A stretch of 64,000 nucleotides of DNA from Peptococcaceae bacterium (GCA_020054815.1 JAIHAN010000001.1:5836-69835); one strand, 5' to 3'; positions 51,177 through 60,422 are shown, counted from the stretch's first letter. Program-made: numbers and translations. Notes: generated by a model from the letters alone, not told the origin.

Positions 51177-52616
51177 CTATACTCTTCTGATCTTTACCTG
51201 TCCATTCCCGGGGCCGCCGGTTCCGCCAATGATCAATTCTTTAATGCTCATCGTAGGCTGAGCATCGGAGACGGGTGCCCCTTGCCCTTCTTTGCCGCAC
51301 ACGCCAATGGTAAAGCCCAGGTCTTTACCCACCCTTTCCACCAGCTGCAGAGTTTCGGGGCCGTTGCCGGTAAGGGTTGCCCCCCTTACGGGATGAAGGA
51401 TTTCTCCGTCTTTGACCAGGTATCCTTCGGCTACGTCAAAGACATAATCCCCGTTGGTTGTATTCACCTGTCCGCCGCCCATGGCAGTGACCAGGAGTCC
51501 ATACTTTAACTCCTTGATCATTTGCTCCGGGTCTTCTTTACCAGGTGCGATATAGGTATTGCGCATCCGGGGAATAGGCCTGTCCTTGTAAGATTCCCGG
51601 CGGCCGTTGCCTGTGGATTCCCGTCCCTCTTCCCTGGCTGTCTGGTAATCATACATATACTCTTCCAGTATACCCTTGTTAATGAGAACTGTTTTCTCCG
51701 TGGGGTGTCCTTCGTCATCATAACGCAAGGAACCAAACTTCTTGGGCAGGGTGCCGTCATCGATAACCGTGACCAGGGGTGAAGCTACCTGTTCACCTTT
51801 TTTACCTGCATAAACGGAAAGCTTTTTCTGGACAAGATCAGCTTCCAAACCGTGGCCGCAGGCCTCGTGTACCATGGTCCCTCCTGCCTGTCCGGCCATG
51901 ACTACGGGCATTTTTCCCGTAGGAGCGGGTTTGGCCGAGAGCATCAGCACCGCCCGTTGGGCAGCCTTCTCCCCGAGGCTGGCCGGGTCGTTTTCTTCCA
52001 GCAGTTCAAAACCCATGATTCCCCCCACAGACTGGAACCCGGTCTGGATGACTTCACCTTCGGCAGCCACGGCATTGACGGATAGACGAGTTCTCACCCT
52101 GGTATCCTCGACAAAGATATCATTAGTATTGGCGATAGTGACCTTTTGAATCACATCGCCATAACTCACAGAAACCTGGCGGATCCGGGGATCCACAGCC
52201 CGGGCAGCATTATTGGCTTCCATGACCTTAGCCGCCTTGCTCTTTATATCCACGGTATCCGGTGATTTTTCCACGGTAAATTCCAGGTTAGAAACCGGGG
52301 TGGTAAAATCTAAGGCCCGAAAACTTCTGTTTGTTTTCTGGGCCGCTTTGCCGGCCACTTCCGCCACCTCTAAAAGCCGGTGCAGACTCAAATCGTTGGT
52401 GTAGGCATAGGAAGTCTTATCCCCGGACATTACCCTGATGCCCACACCTTCATCGATCCCGGAATTAATTCTTTCGATGCGGTTATCTTCACAGCTGATA
52501 GCTGTAGTCACTTTATGTTCCCAAAAAAACTCGGCAAAGTCTGCCCCTTGACCCATGGCCCGCTCTAAAATCCGGGCTATGTCTTTTCTATCCATCATCT
52601 CACACCTCGGAATCAC
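51177..52616 (-). CDS. tldD: TldD metalloprotease
   Basis: HEACGHGLEAD, DDEG, TGNGRRESY, PRMRNT, CGKEGQ. Confidence 0.92.
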   Translation of the reverse strand: MIPRCEMMDRKDIARILERAMGQGADFAEFFWEHKVTTAISCEDNRIERINSGIDEGVGIRVMSGDKTSYAYTNDLSLHRLLEVAEVAGKAAQKTNRSFRALDFTTPVSNLEFTVEKSPDTVDIKSKAAKVMEANNAARAVDPRIRQVSVSYGDVIQKVTIANTNDIFVEDTRVRTRLSVNAVAAEGEVIQTGFQSVGGIMGFELLEENDPASLGEKAAQRAVLMLSAKPAPTGKMPVVMAGQAGGTMVHEACGHGLEADLVQKKLSVYAGKKGEQVASPLVTVIDDGTLPKKFGSLRYDDEGHPTEKTVLINKGILEEYMYDYQTAREEGRESTGNGRRESYKDRPIPRMRNTYIAPGKEDPEQMIKELKYGLLVTAMGGGQVNTTNGDYVFDVAEGYLVKDGEILHPVRGATLTGNGPETLQLVERVGKDLGFTIGVCGKEGQGAPVSDAQPTMSIKELIIGGTGGPGNGQVKIRRV

Positions 52617-52663
52617 TGGACTGGCAAAATTAAAGTATTTGCCCTCAGGCTATACTTTTCCAT

Positions 52664-53257
52664 TTATTTAAAGGGATTATCCCTCACCGGCAGGGAACTT
52701 ACATCTTTTTTTGCATAATGATCGGGAACAGCCATGAAAGTCAGTTTCATATCGGCTGTCAGCTCTTTACTGTCTTTTGCAGGCTGGATAGTTAAACCGG
52801 ACATGCCCGCAAAGGATGGATATTCCTCCAGGCTCTTTAGTAAGGCCAGGATAGCCTGGTAAGAACCTGTAAGGGTAACTTTCAAAGTTCGCTGCTCTAG
52901 GTTTTCTTTCGTCATTACGGGCTCAAAAACAATATTTTGGATATCCACCTGAGCTATCTTACTTTTATCTTCTAATAATACGATAATTTCCGAGGAACTT
53001 AAGCCTACCCCAAGGTTCTCTTTGATAGTCCTTAATTCCTGGACCATCCGGTCTCTCTCTTCGGTTGTAATAGCACCGGTGAGTTTATAAATATGGGTTA
53101 ACTCTTTATCTAAAGCGGCTAACCTGTTCTTTAAGTTTTCCCGGTAAGCCAGCTGGGGTGTTAAGACGTACACATATAAAACCCATACTGTACAAACCAA
53201 AAGCAAAGGCAGGAGAATTTTAAGGCGTGGATTCTTTTGCAGGAGGCTTTTGCCCAT
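52664..53257 (-). CDS. pilO: Type IV pilus alignment protein PilO-like
   Basis: N-terminal TM, coiled coil, LTGSY..IL..L..LE; follows pilMN. Confidence 0.75.
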   Translation of the reverse strand: MGKSLLQKNPRLKILLPLLLVCTVWVLYVYVLTPQLAYRENLKNRLAALDKELTHIYKLTGAITTEERDRMVQELRTIKENLGVGLSSSEIIVLLEDKSKIAQVDIQNIVFEPVMTKENLEQRTLKVTLTGSYQAILALLKSLEEYPSFAGMSGLTIQPAKDSKELTADMKLTFMAVPDHYAKKDVSSLPVRDNPFK

Positions 53258-53804
53258 CCGGTTTACCCCCTTCCTTTGGCAAGACGGCAGTTAACTCAAA
53301 GGTTATCACGCCTTTATCATTTCTATTCACTTTAACTACTTCTATACTGCTAAACCAGGTAAGCTCCCGCAAAGCAAAAGCATACTGGGCTACCAGAACC
53401 TGACTGGTACTCTCACCCTTAATCACTAATCGGTCGTCTTCCTTAAGGTCCACTTCACTAAACTTGAGTCCGGGGGGAATCACCCTGGCGATATCTGCTA
53501 AAACTTGAGACCAGTTTGTTTCCACCTGTTTTACCATACCGGATAATCCCCGTAAACGAGTAATCTCATTTTGCAGGTTTTCCAGTTCCCTCACACGTTC
53601 CCTTACCTGGGTTAACTGTCCCAAAGACTGGGTAAGGTTCTGAGTCTGGTTTTCCAGTTCTTTAATTTCCCACTGGAACTGGGCGTATATAAATCCTAAC
53701 CAGAAAAAAAGCACAACCCCGGCAATGGTCATCAAGAGCCTTGGTATATGTACCAGGGGTTTAGGCTGAAAGGCCGGCGGCAGGAGGTTTGGTTTTTGTA
53801 TCAA
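53220..53804 (-). CDS. pilN: Type IV pilus alignment protein PilN
   Basis: N-terminal NLLP motif, TM, coiled coil, W..VL..I...IP. Confidence 0.85.
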   Translation of the reverse strand: MIQKPNLLPPAFQPKPLVHIPRLLMTIAGVVLFFWLGFIYAQFQWEIKELENQTQNLTQSLGQLTQVRERVRELENLQNEITRLRGLSGMVKQVETNWSQVLADIARVIPPGLKFSEVDLKEDDRLVIKGESTSQVLVAQYAFALRELTWFSSIEVVKVNRNDKGVITFELTAVLPKEGGKPDGQKPPAKESTP

Positions 53805-54739
53805 AGTACCACCTCCCGCAAGGCCATGCCTAAAGCCAAAGTGGCAGAATCATCAATTTCACCGGAATAATTTAAAACTTCTGTTAGTGAGGAAAGGGGC
53901 AAATAGGTGACGGGATAGGTTAGCCCCCCCTGGAAAGAAGCCAGGGCTTGCCCTGCCCCTTTTCCCCACAGGTAGACATTGCTGGTTTGCGGGCGTTTAA
54001 GATTAAGATGGTAATAATCAAAGGAACGCTGCACTTCCCGGAAAATATCTCCCATCAGATAAGGGTCGTTGTTATAAGCAAGAGGAATGGTATGGACAAA
54101 CTGCAAGGTATCTCTTTGATAAAAAGCTACCGTAATTTTGCTAGTACTTAACTCTACGCTGGCCCAGGTGTCTTCCAGGGCAGGCCAAAGGCCCCTGGCG
54201 GCGGCAAAACTCCGCAAGTACAAGTAAGCCATAGGCTCCACATCTATGGCCAGTATCTTAAGTCCAGCTTCTTTTAAGAAAAGACATAACTCATTTAAGA
54301 CATTCTCTTTGACAGCGACAATGAGAAGGTCCTGGTAGATAGCTCCTTCCACATCAATGACACCCAGCTTCAGGTAATCCATGGTGAACTGGTTGTTGGC
54401 CAGGGCAATGTACCTCCTGGCTTCCCATTCCAGGGCTTGCTTTAATTCTTTTTCAGGCATAAGGGGCAGCCTGACAGAACGAATAACGGCCTGGCGGGAA
54501 TTCACGGCGATACTGGCCCGTACACCCTTGAGACGGTTTTCCTTAAGCAGGGGGGCCAGGATATGAACTAAAGACTTGCGGTCTGCAATGACCCCATCGG
54601 CATAAGCGCCCTCAGGTACAGGCAGAGATATAATTTTCCCCAGCCCCGACTCTTTTTTTCTACCCTGTTTCACATGGACTAATATCATTTCTTCCGTTCC
54701 TACACTAAGGCCTATATATTCCCTGGTCCTAAAAAGCAT
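53801..54739 (-). CDS. pilM: Type IV pilus actin-like protein PilM
   Basis: R...LP.M..KEL..AL.WEA..YI, AGL....IDVEP.A, E..RS.DYY. Confidence 0.85.
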   Translation of the reverse strand: MLFRTREYIGLSVGTEEMILVHVKQGRKKESGLGKIISLPVPEGAYADGVIADRKSLVHILAPLLKENRLKGVRASIAVNSRQAVIRSVRLPLMPEKELKQALEWEARRYIALANNQFTMDYLKLGVIDVEGAIYQDLLIVAVKENVLNELCLFLKEAGLKILAIDVEPMAYLYLRSFAAARGLWPALEDTWASVELSTSKITVAFYQRDTLQFVHTIPLAYNNDPYLMGDIFREVQRSFDYYHLNLKRPQTSNVYLWGKGAGQALASFQGGLTYPVTYLPLSSLTEVLNYSGEIDDSATLALGMALREVVL

Positions 54740-54763
54740 GATGACAACTCCTAGAATGTTTGT

Positions 54764-55033
54764 TTATGCTAAATGACGGGGATTTTTACTTACCTGTTCC
54801 ATGGCTTTAACGACTTCTGCGATGACATCCGTATTCTGCTGCTGTTCCAGCATTTTGATCTTGGTGTAGACACTGCCATGCTGGCTTACCACGTAGTTGG
54901 GCTTCAGCCTGTTCAAGGCCATAGCCAGCATATCCAGGCGGCACTGCTCGCATGTGCAAATATCCCTTCTCTTAGCCAGCATCTCATCCAGGACTTGTCT
55001 TACCCAAATTTCTGTATAGTTGACCAGTTCCAT
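54764..55033 (-). CDS. comFB: ComFB family protein
   Basis: VNYTE..V, CTCEQCRLDMLAMALNRLKP.Y, V..NPRH. Confidence 0.88.
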   Translation of the reverse strand: MELVNYTEIWVRQVLDEMLAKRRDICTCEQCRLDMLAMALNRLKPNYVVSQHGSVYTKIKMLEQQQNTDVIAEVVKAMEQVSKNPRHLA

Positions 55034-55052
55034 ACTTTCTCCTCCTTACACA

Positions 55053-56168
55053 CTACAAAGTGTACTTGTATCCCCATGAGTCCAGACTCACCACGATCTC
55101 GCTAATTTCAGCGGGTACAATCGGTACGGCTATATCCTCTTTATAAGTAATCGTAGCATTACTGTTTACGATTAGACTGCTGCAAACCACGCTTCCTTCA
55201 ATTTCTACATTGGAATTAACCACCAAAGAATTTTTCGTAATAAGAATTCCCGTGAAATCCACATTGCTGTTTATAATGGTATAGCCGGTATTGTAGATAA
55301 ATAAATTATCAGCATCCGTGTTTGAATTTAAGATTATATTCTTACCTGTCAATACTAAATTTTCTAAATCAGTGTTGCTGTTTACTGTTATCCCTTGATT
55401 TGCAGCCATAGTAAATCCCTTAAAAGTCCCGTTTTCAAGATAAACTTGCCCCGTTGCCTCAATAATCGTGCCGTTTAAAGATAAATTACCATGGCGCAAA
55501 TAAATATCCCCGTTAACTTTATAGTATGGATAACCGGTTTTAAACACATTTAAATCAAAAACTGTACCGTTAATAACGTAAGGTGACCCTAACCCCGCCG
55601 GTTTATACCAGTCTGTGGGAAGTTCAGGAAATCCTATACTGTTATCCTGGTTATGGGGAGGATAAGTTGTATGTTTAATACGATGAGGATGATTGAACAT
55701 GTAAGGACCAATTAAGGAATCCTCTTTAACAATGATGCTCAATGTATTGCTAGATACCGCAAAGGCCGTCAATCCCCGGGACAAATAACCCCCGCCTTGT
55801 TTTACAGTGCCTTGAGCAGTCAGCGTATATTTGCTGTTGCCAACCATACCTGTGGATTCAATTTGTACAGTTTCACCACTCTTTGAAAACAAGGTAATCT
55901 GGTACTTGGCCTCCAGGTTGCCCGGGCCCACTATTCCCACAGTAACAGGGGTGTCTGGCGGATCATATGAAGGATTATCTTTTAAATGAACCAGGGTTTC
56001 TTCTATGCCGGCCTCTGCAGCATAAAAAGCCTGGACAGACCGGATCTGGTTTGAAGCTATATTAGCCTCGGTAGCCCCTGTCTCCAAAAGGGTCATTCCC
56101 AGGGCAAGAATTAGGAACATGGCAAGGACGGTTAAGAGCAGGGCCGCGCCTCGTTCATTTTTTAGCAT
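55053..56168 (-). CDS. PilX-like large minor pilin with beta-solenoid C-terminus
   Basis: ERG|AALL prepilin site lacking E5, QAFYAAEAGIE, repeated xxNSN motifs. Confidence 0.78.
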   Translation of the reverse strand: MLKNERGAALLLTVLAMFLILALGMTLLETGATEANIASNQIRSVQAFYAAEAGIEETLVHLKDNPSYDPPDTPVTVGIVGPGNLEAKYQITLFSKSGETVQIESTGMVGNSKYTLTAQGTVKQGGGYLSRGLTAFAVSSNTLSIIVKEDSLIGPYMFNHPHRIKHTTYPPHNQDNSIGFPELPTDWYKPAGLGSPYVINGTVFDLNVFKTGYPYYKVNGDIYLRHGNLSLNGTIIEATGQVYLENGTFKGFTMAANQGITVNSNTDLENLVLTGKNIILNSNTDADNLFIYNTGYTIINSNVDFTGILITKNSLVVNSNVEIEGSVVCSSLIVNSNATITYKEDIAVPIVPAEISEIVVSLDSWGYKYTL

Positions 56169-56172
56169 GGCC

Positions 56173-56751
56173 TCACCTCCGGGGGAGAAACTTGCCCCGC
56201 AGGGCTATACCAGTATTAATTTCTATCAGTTCTCCCGAAGGCAGTTCAGTACGCAATAGTACATTTACTTTCTCACAATCACGGTATGTACCGTTAGGTT
56301 CATAGGAAAACTCCACCAGCTTGAGATAGCTGGCCACAGGTTCAGCCTGTTTTGAGTCTTCCTTTCTTTCCAGCACTTTGCCCGTTAATCCCCCCGGACC
56401 CCAAAGGCTTTGTGTCACCAAATAATACTTTATAATTTTATTTCCCGGAAGTTTTAACTCTATTTTCTCATCATCAGAATTACTGGTGACTTCAAAAGCT
56501 AAGCGGATATCACGGGTTATTCGTTCCATGGCCAACCGCAAATTCTGCTGGGCCTCCACTTTGACCTCACCTTTGCCCCAGTCCCGTAAGCCGCTGTCCA
56601 GGAGGCCTCCCACAGCGGCCATAACCAGGCCAAGAATAGTAATGCTAATGATTACTTCAATAATGGTAAAACCCGTCTTAAGTTCACAGTTGGCAGTTCG
56701 CAGTTGGCAGTGTTTAGAAATCGGATATCGGATATCGTAAGTTGTTTTCAT
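56173..56751 (-). CDS. PilW-like minor pilin
   Basis: G|FTIIEVII N-methylation site; QQNLR.AMERITRDIR.A; ATG at 56751 overlaps the upstream stop (ATGA). Confidence 0.8.
   Translation of the reverse strand: MKTTYDIRYPISKHCQLRTANCELKTGFTIIEVIISITILGLVMAAVGGLLDSGLRDWGKGEVKVEAQQNLRLAMERITRDIRLAFEVTSNSDDEKIELKLPGNKIIKYYLVTQSLWGPGGLTGKVLERKEDSKQAEPVASYLKLVEFSYEPNGTYRDCEKVNVLLRTELPSGELIEINTGIALRGKFLPRR
56681..56744. repeat. Heptamer array C inside the prepilin leader
   Basis: agttcac agttggc agttcgc agttggc agtg | atcggat atcggat atcgtaa gttg. Confidence 0.88.
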
Positions 56752-57116
56752 TGCCATTCACCCATTTTCGTTAATAAGCTTATAGAACGTTCTTGTCCAG
56801 CCAGGTTATAATATACGGTTACTTTTACCTGCTTCAGGCGTGAACCGGCACTGTTGACATGAACTTCATAAGAATAATCAGGATGGCCTGCTATTGCCTG
56901 GCGAGGACTTGAGTCTAAGCCTATACCTTTCAGATGCTGCAGTTTTAGATCCTCCATAATTTCCTGAGCCAAACCCACAGCCTCTGTGGAAGAATTTCCA
57001 TGTTTGAGGCTAAAATGGGCCGTAGAAAACATGCCAAGCATCGGCACTAAAGCAATGCCCAGTATTACAATAGAAACAACAATTTCTAAAAGGGTGAAAC
57101 CTTGTTGATTTCTCAT
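56748..57116 (-). CDS. PilV-like minor pilin
   Basis: MRNQQG|FTLLEIVV; A..LAQEIME. Confidence 0.8.
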   Translation of the reverse strand: MRNQQGFTLLEIVVSIVILGIALVPMLGMFSTAHFSLKHGNSSTEAVGLAQEIMEDLKLQHLKGIGLDSSPRQAIAGHPDYSYEVHVNSAGSRLKQVKVTVYYNLAGQERSISLLTKMGEWQ

Positions 57117-57131
57117 GTAATGACACCTTCT

Positions 57132-57584
57132 CTAAGGCGTGGAAGTAGGGGAAATCCGAATTCTACCGGATCGATATACAATTACATAGAGCATTTTGGA
57201 AGGATTATTTGTTAAGGCTAAAGTTACGGTACCGTTTTCTGCAGCCCCTAAGGCATTAAAATAAAATTGCGCGCTGCCGTTGAACTGAGCATAAACCATT
57301 TTAACATCAGCGGGTAAATACTTGGGACCCAGGATATTGGCGGTTCCTATGCTGGCTTTGTAATAGTTATTAAGCAGATCAAAATTGACCCTAACCGGGG
57401 TCTCCTGAGAAATGGCTGTTGCTTGAACTTTCCTTAAGTCTGAGGCCAAAGTACGGGCAGCAGCTTTTAGTTTCTGTTCCGCTAAAACATCACCAACAGA
57501 AGGCATGGCGACTGCCGTAAGAATCCCTATGATAACGGTTATCACCATAACTTCTAAAAAGGTAAAACCCTGCTTATTGTACAC
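57132..57584 (-). CDS. FimT/GspH-like minor pilin
   Basis: KQG|FTFLEVM...VAMP; L..AA..L.SDL...Q..AI; GTG start at 57584. Confidence 0.8.
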   Translation of the reverse strand: MYNKQGFTFLEVMVITVIIGILTAVAMPSVGDVLAEQKLKAAARTLASDLRKVQATAISQETPVRVNFDLLNNYYKASIGTANILGPKYLPADVKMVYAQFNGSAQFYFNALGAAENGTVTLALTNNPSKMLYVIVYRSGRIRISPTSTP

Positions 57585-57594
57585 TTCAACACCC

Positions 57595-58338
57595 CTAAAA
57601 CAGGTTCCAGTACCATTGGGCAAATTGGTCCCGGAAAAAGAAAATTACGAGAAAACCAAGTACAAGAAATGGCCCAAAGGGAATAGGGTCTCTCCTTTTT
57701 TTTCTCTTCAAAGCGATTAAAAGAATTCCTGTAATACTTCCCACCAGGGCTCCCACAAAGAGGGCATAGAACACGCCGGGAAAGCCCAGCCAGAAGCCCA
57801 TGGCGGCTGTGAGTTTTATGTCCCCGCCCCCCATGCCTCCCCGGCTTACTACAGCCAGGATAAAGGGAATGGCAAAACCCACAGCTAATCCTAAGATACG
57901 ATTGAGAATACCCATTTCCTGGCTAAAAAAATGATAAACAACTCCCCCTGCCAGTAAAGTAATGACCAGGCTGTCAGGAATGAGGTAATGTTCTAAGTCG
58001 ATTTGAGTTATTACTAATGCCAGGGAAAAGAGAAAACACCCGGTTATTCCCATGGCGGAAATACTGTAATTATGTATAATTACTACCCAGCCCAGGGCAT
58101 TGACAATTTCCGTCACGGTATAACGCCAGTGTATCTTTTCGCCACAATAACGGCATTTTCCTCCAAGGAAAAGAAAACTAAAGACAGGAATTAAATCCCG
58201 GGCTTTAAGCCGTATATCACAGGAGGTGCAGTGGGACGGGGGATAGGCAATGTTTTCCCCTCTGGGCAGGCGGTAGATAAGGACATTGAGGAAACTGCCA
58301 AAGATGAGGCCGTAGGCAAATGTTAAGAATAACGTCAT
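57595..58338 (-). CDS. pilD: Prepilin peptidase/N-methyltransferase
   Basis: GSFLNV.IYRLP, SHC..C, GKCR.C, GMGGGDIKL, IPFGPFL. Confidence 0.95.
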   Translation of the reverse strand: MTLFLTFAYGLIFGSFLNVLIYRLPRGENIAYPPSHCTSCDIRLKARDLIPVFSFLFLGGKCRYCGEKIHWRYTVTEIVNALGWVVIIHNYSISAMGITGCFLFSLALVITQIDLEHYLIPDSLVITLLAGGVVYHFFSQEMGILNRILGLAVGFAIPFILAVVSRGGMGGGDIKLTAAMGFWLGFPGVFYALFVGALVGSITGILLIALKRKKRRDPIPFGPFLVLGFLVIFFFRDQFAQWYWNLF

Positions 58339-58363
58339 ACCAAGTCTCCTTTACATAATAAAG

Positions 58364-58382
58364 GAGCCCCCGTAAGGGGGCT
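58364..58382 (-). terminator. Hairpin after the major pilin gene
   Basis: AGCCCCC-GTAA-GGGGGCT immediately 3' of pilA. Confidence 0.6.
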
Positions 58383-58394
58383 GTACTAATATTA

Positions 58395-58814
58395 TTATAA
58401 ATTAGCCGAACTGCATACAAAAGGTTCTGGTGTAGTGAATTGATATACAGTTTCACCTGAATCTAAAGCACCATTACCATTAGTATCACCGCATAATACT
58501 GCTACATCATTTGTAGGATCCCATGCATAGCTTTGACCAGCAACTGGAGATTCTGGCCATTTCTTTAAATATGCTGTAATTAAATTAGTAATACTATTTG
58601 GATAATCCCCTGTATTCACCTTATAAATTTCTGCAGCAGAAGCTATTGTTTTTAAATCGGCTTTAACCTTACTAATTTTTGCTTTTCCCGATTGATCACC
58701 CAGTTGTTGAACAGCTAATGTCGCTAAAATACCTAAAATTACCACAACCACCATCAGCTCAATCAGCGTAAAACCCTTGCGGTTTCTCATCATTCTCCAG
58801 AAAAAATTTAACAT
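58395..58814 (-). CDS. pilA: Major type IV pilin
   Basis: RKG|FTLIELMVVVVILGILA; own promoter, AGGAGG RBS and downstream hairpin. Confidence 0.85.
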   Translation of the reverse strand: MLNFFWRMMRNRKGFTLIELMVVVVILGILATLAVQQLGDQSGKAKISKVKADLKTIASAAEIYKVNTGDYPNSITNLITAYLKKWPESPVAGQSYAWDPTNDVAVLCGDTNGNGALDSGETVYQFTTPEPFVCSSANL

Positions 58815-58841
58815 TCTCCTTTACACCTCCTTTTTTCTTTC

Positions 58842-58894
58842 TGTCGAAATATATGTATATTGTTAATTGTAAGGCTTTTATCCTTTTTCTACAA
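58842..58894 (-). promoter_or_regulatory. Sigma-A promoter of pilA with a downstream 0A box
   Basis: TTGTAG-N17-TACAAT at 58866-58894; TGTCGAA on + strand at 58842-58848. Confidence 0.55.
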
Positions 58895-58978
58895 GATATG
58901 TCAAAACTAAATCCCGGTAAAATTTTTATTATATTCTTTATTTATCAATTAATTATTTAGGACTCGATTCTAGAATTG

Positions 58979-60202
58979 TCATTGTTGACCGATATTGGTA
59001 AAGACACTGAACATAGGCATGAGAATAGATACCAAAATAAAGCCTATAAAGCCTCCCAGAAAAACCAGCAGCACAGGCTCCACCAGCTTGGACAACCGCT
59101 CGGCCATTTCATCCACTTCCTGTTCATAGTGTCCGCTCACTTTAATCAGCATCATATCCAGGCTCCCAGACTCCTCCCCTACCTGCATCATCTGGATGAC
59201 CATAGGCGGGAAGAACCTGGAGTTAACCAAAGGCGAAGTTATGCTGCGCCCGTCCTGGACAGCTTGCCGGGCCTTTAGGATTTCAGCGGCCACGATCTCA
59301 TTGGCTACCACCTTGCTGACAATCTCCAGTGCAGGCAAGACCTGAACGCCTGTCTTTAGCAGGGTTCCCAGGGTCCGGGTAAAGCGGGCCAAAATAATGC
59401 TGCGAGAGAATTTACCAAAGCCGGGCACTTTTAAGACCAGCCTGTCCAGGAAAAACTTACCTCGGGAAGTGGCAAACCAGTGCCGTAAACCCAATACTAC
59501 AATCCCCAATAGCAATAAGGCCAGGTACCAGTAGGTATTCAGGAGATGGCTGGCCCCCAGGGCTATCCTGGTTGGCAGTGGTAATTCTATATTCATTCCC
59601 TGCAATATATTTACAAATTTAGGCAGTACATAGGTTAGGAGGACCACCACGGCCAAGAGAGCCACACAGGTGATGCCAAGGGGGTAGATCATGGCCGTTT
59701 TAATTTTTTCTTTGATCTGGTGTTCCCGGTCAAAGTGCTCGGCCAGGCGCACCAGGACCTCGTCCAGGATGCCTCCCAGCTCACCTGCCCCAATCATGTG
59801 GACAAAAACGGGACTGAAGACTGTATCCTGCCGCCCCGCCGCTTCAGCTAAAGTCCTTCCGCCGGATATATCTTTTATCACTTCCTGTAAAGCCTTTTTC
59901 AGGCGCCCGTTTGCAGCCTGGTCAGCCAGCTGCTGTAAACCTGTTAAAAGGGGAATACCCGCCTCCTGCATGACTGCCAGCTGGCGGCAGAAGGCAGCCA
60001 TTTCCCCTTCTTTGATGGGTTTGGTCCGCCGGGTGAGCCACTTCTTAAAATCCAAGGTCACAGGAGCTTTATCGGTAATGTCCACGATAAATAGGCCTTC
60101 ATCGCGCAGAAACGCCGCTACCTGCTGGATTTGGGCCGCTTCCCGCTGACCTTCAATTAACTGCCCCTTCCTGTTCCGGGCTTTATAATAAAATACCGCC
60201 AT
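58979..60202 (-). CDS. pilC: Type IV pilus platform protein PilC (T2SS F family)
   Basis: F.RQLA.M..AG.PL, GELGG.LD, GEESGSLD; start at ATG 60202. Confidence 0.93.
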   Translation of the reverse strand: MAVFYYKARNRKGQLIEGQREAAQIQQVAAFLRDEGLFIVDITDKAPVTLDFKKWLTRRTKPIKEGEMAAFCRQLAVMQEAGIPLLTGLQQLADQAANGRLKKALQEVIKDISGGRTLAEAAGRQDTVFSPVFVHMIGAGELGGILDEVLVRLAEHFDREHQIKEKIKTAMIYPLGITCVALLAVVVLLTYVLPKFVNILQGMNIELPLPTRIALGASHLLNTYWYLALLLLGIVVLGLRHWFATSRGKFFLDRLVLKVPGFGKFSRSIILARFTRTLGTLLKTGVQVLPALEIVSKVVANEIVAAEILKARQAVQDGRSITSPLVNSRFFPPMVIQMMQVGEESGSLDMMLIKVSGHYEQEVDEMAERLSKLVEPVLLVFLGGFIGFILVSILMPMFSVFTNIGQQ

Positions 60203-60225
60203 TTGCTTTACCTCAACTTCCTTAC

Positions 60226-60422
60226 ATACGACTTCCACTTTCCGATATCCGACATTAGTGACCAGAGACCGGTGTCCAGTGACCAGTAATCGGCACCCAG
60301 TACTCGATGCGCGGTCTATTCTGCGAACTGCCCACTGCGAACTGCCAACTCGAAATTACGGTTAACTGTTAACGGTTCACGTCAAAGATTACTACCAACT
60401 ACCAACTATCAACTATCAACTA
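60226..60422. repeat. Composite heptamer-repeat array B (six blocks), between pilT and pilC
   Basis: atacgac ttccact ttccgat atccgac | agtgacc agagacc ggtgtcc agtgacc | tcggcac ccagtac tcgatgc gcggtct | ctgcgaa ctgccca ctgcgaa ctgccaa | acggtta actgtta acggttc | actacca actacca actatca actatca. Confidence 0.92.

Noticed and set aside
60226-60422. Heptamer arrays (also 36550-36704) as CRISPR arrays
   Set aside because: No identical 23-47-nt direct repeat separated by unique spacers, and no cas genes in the window.
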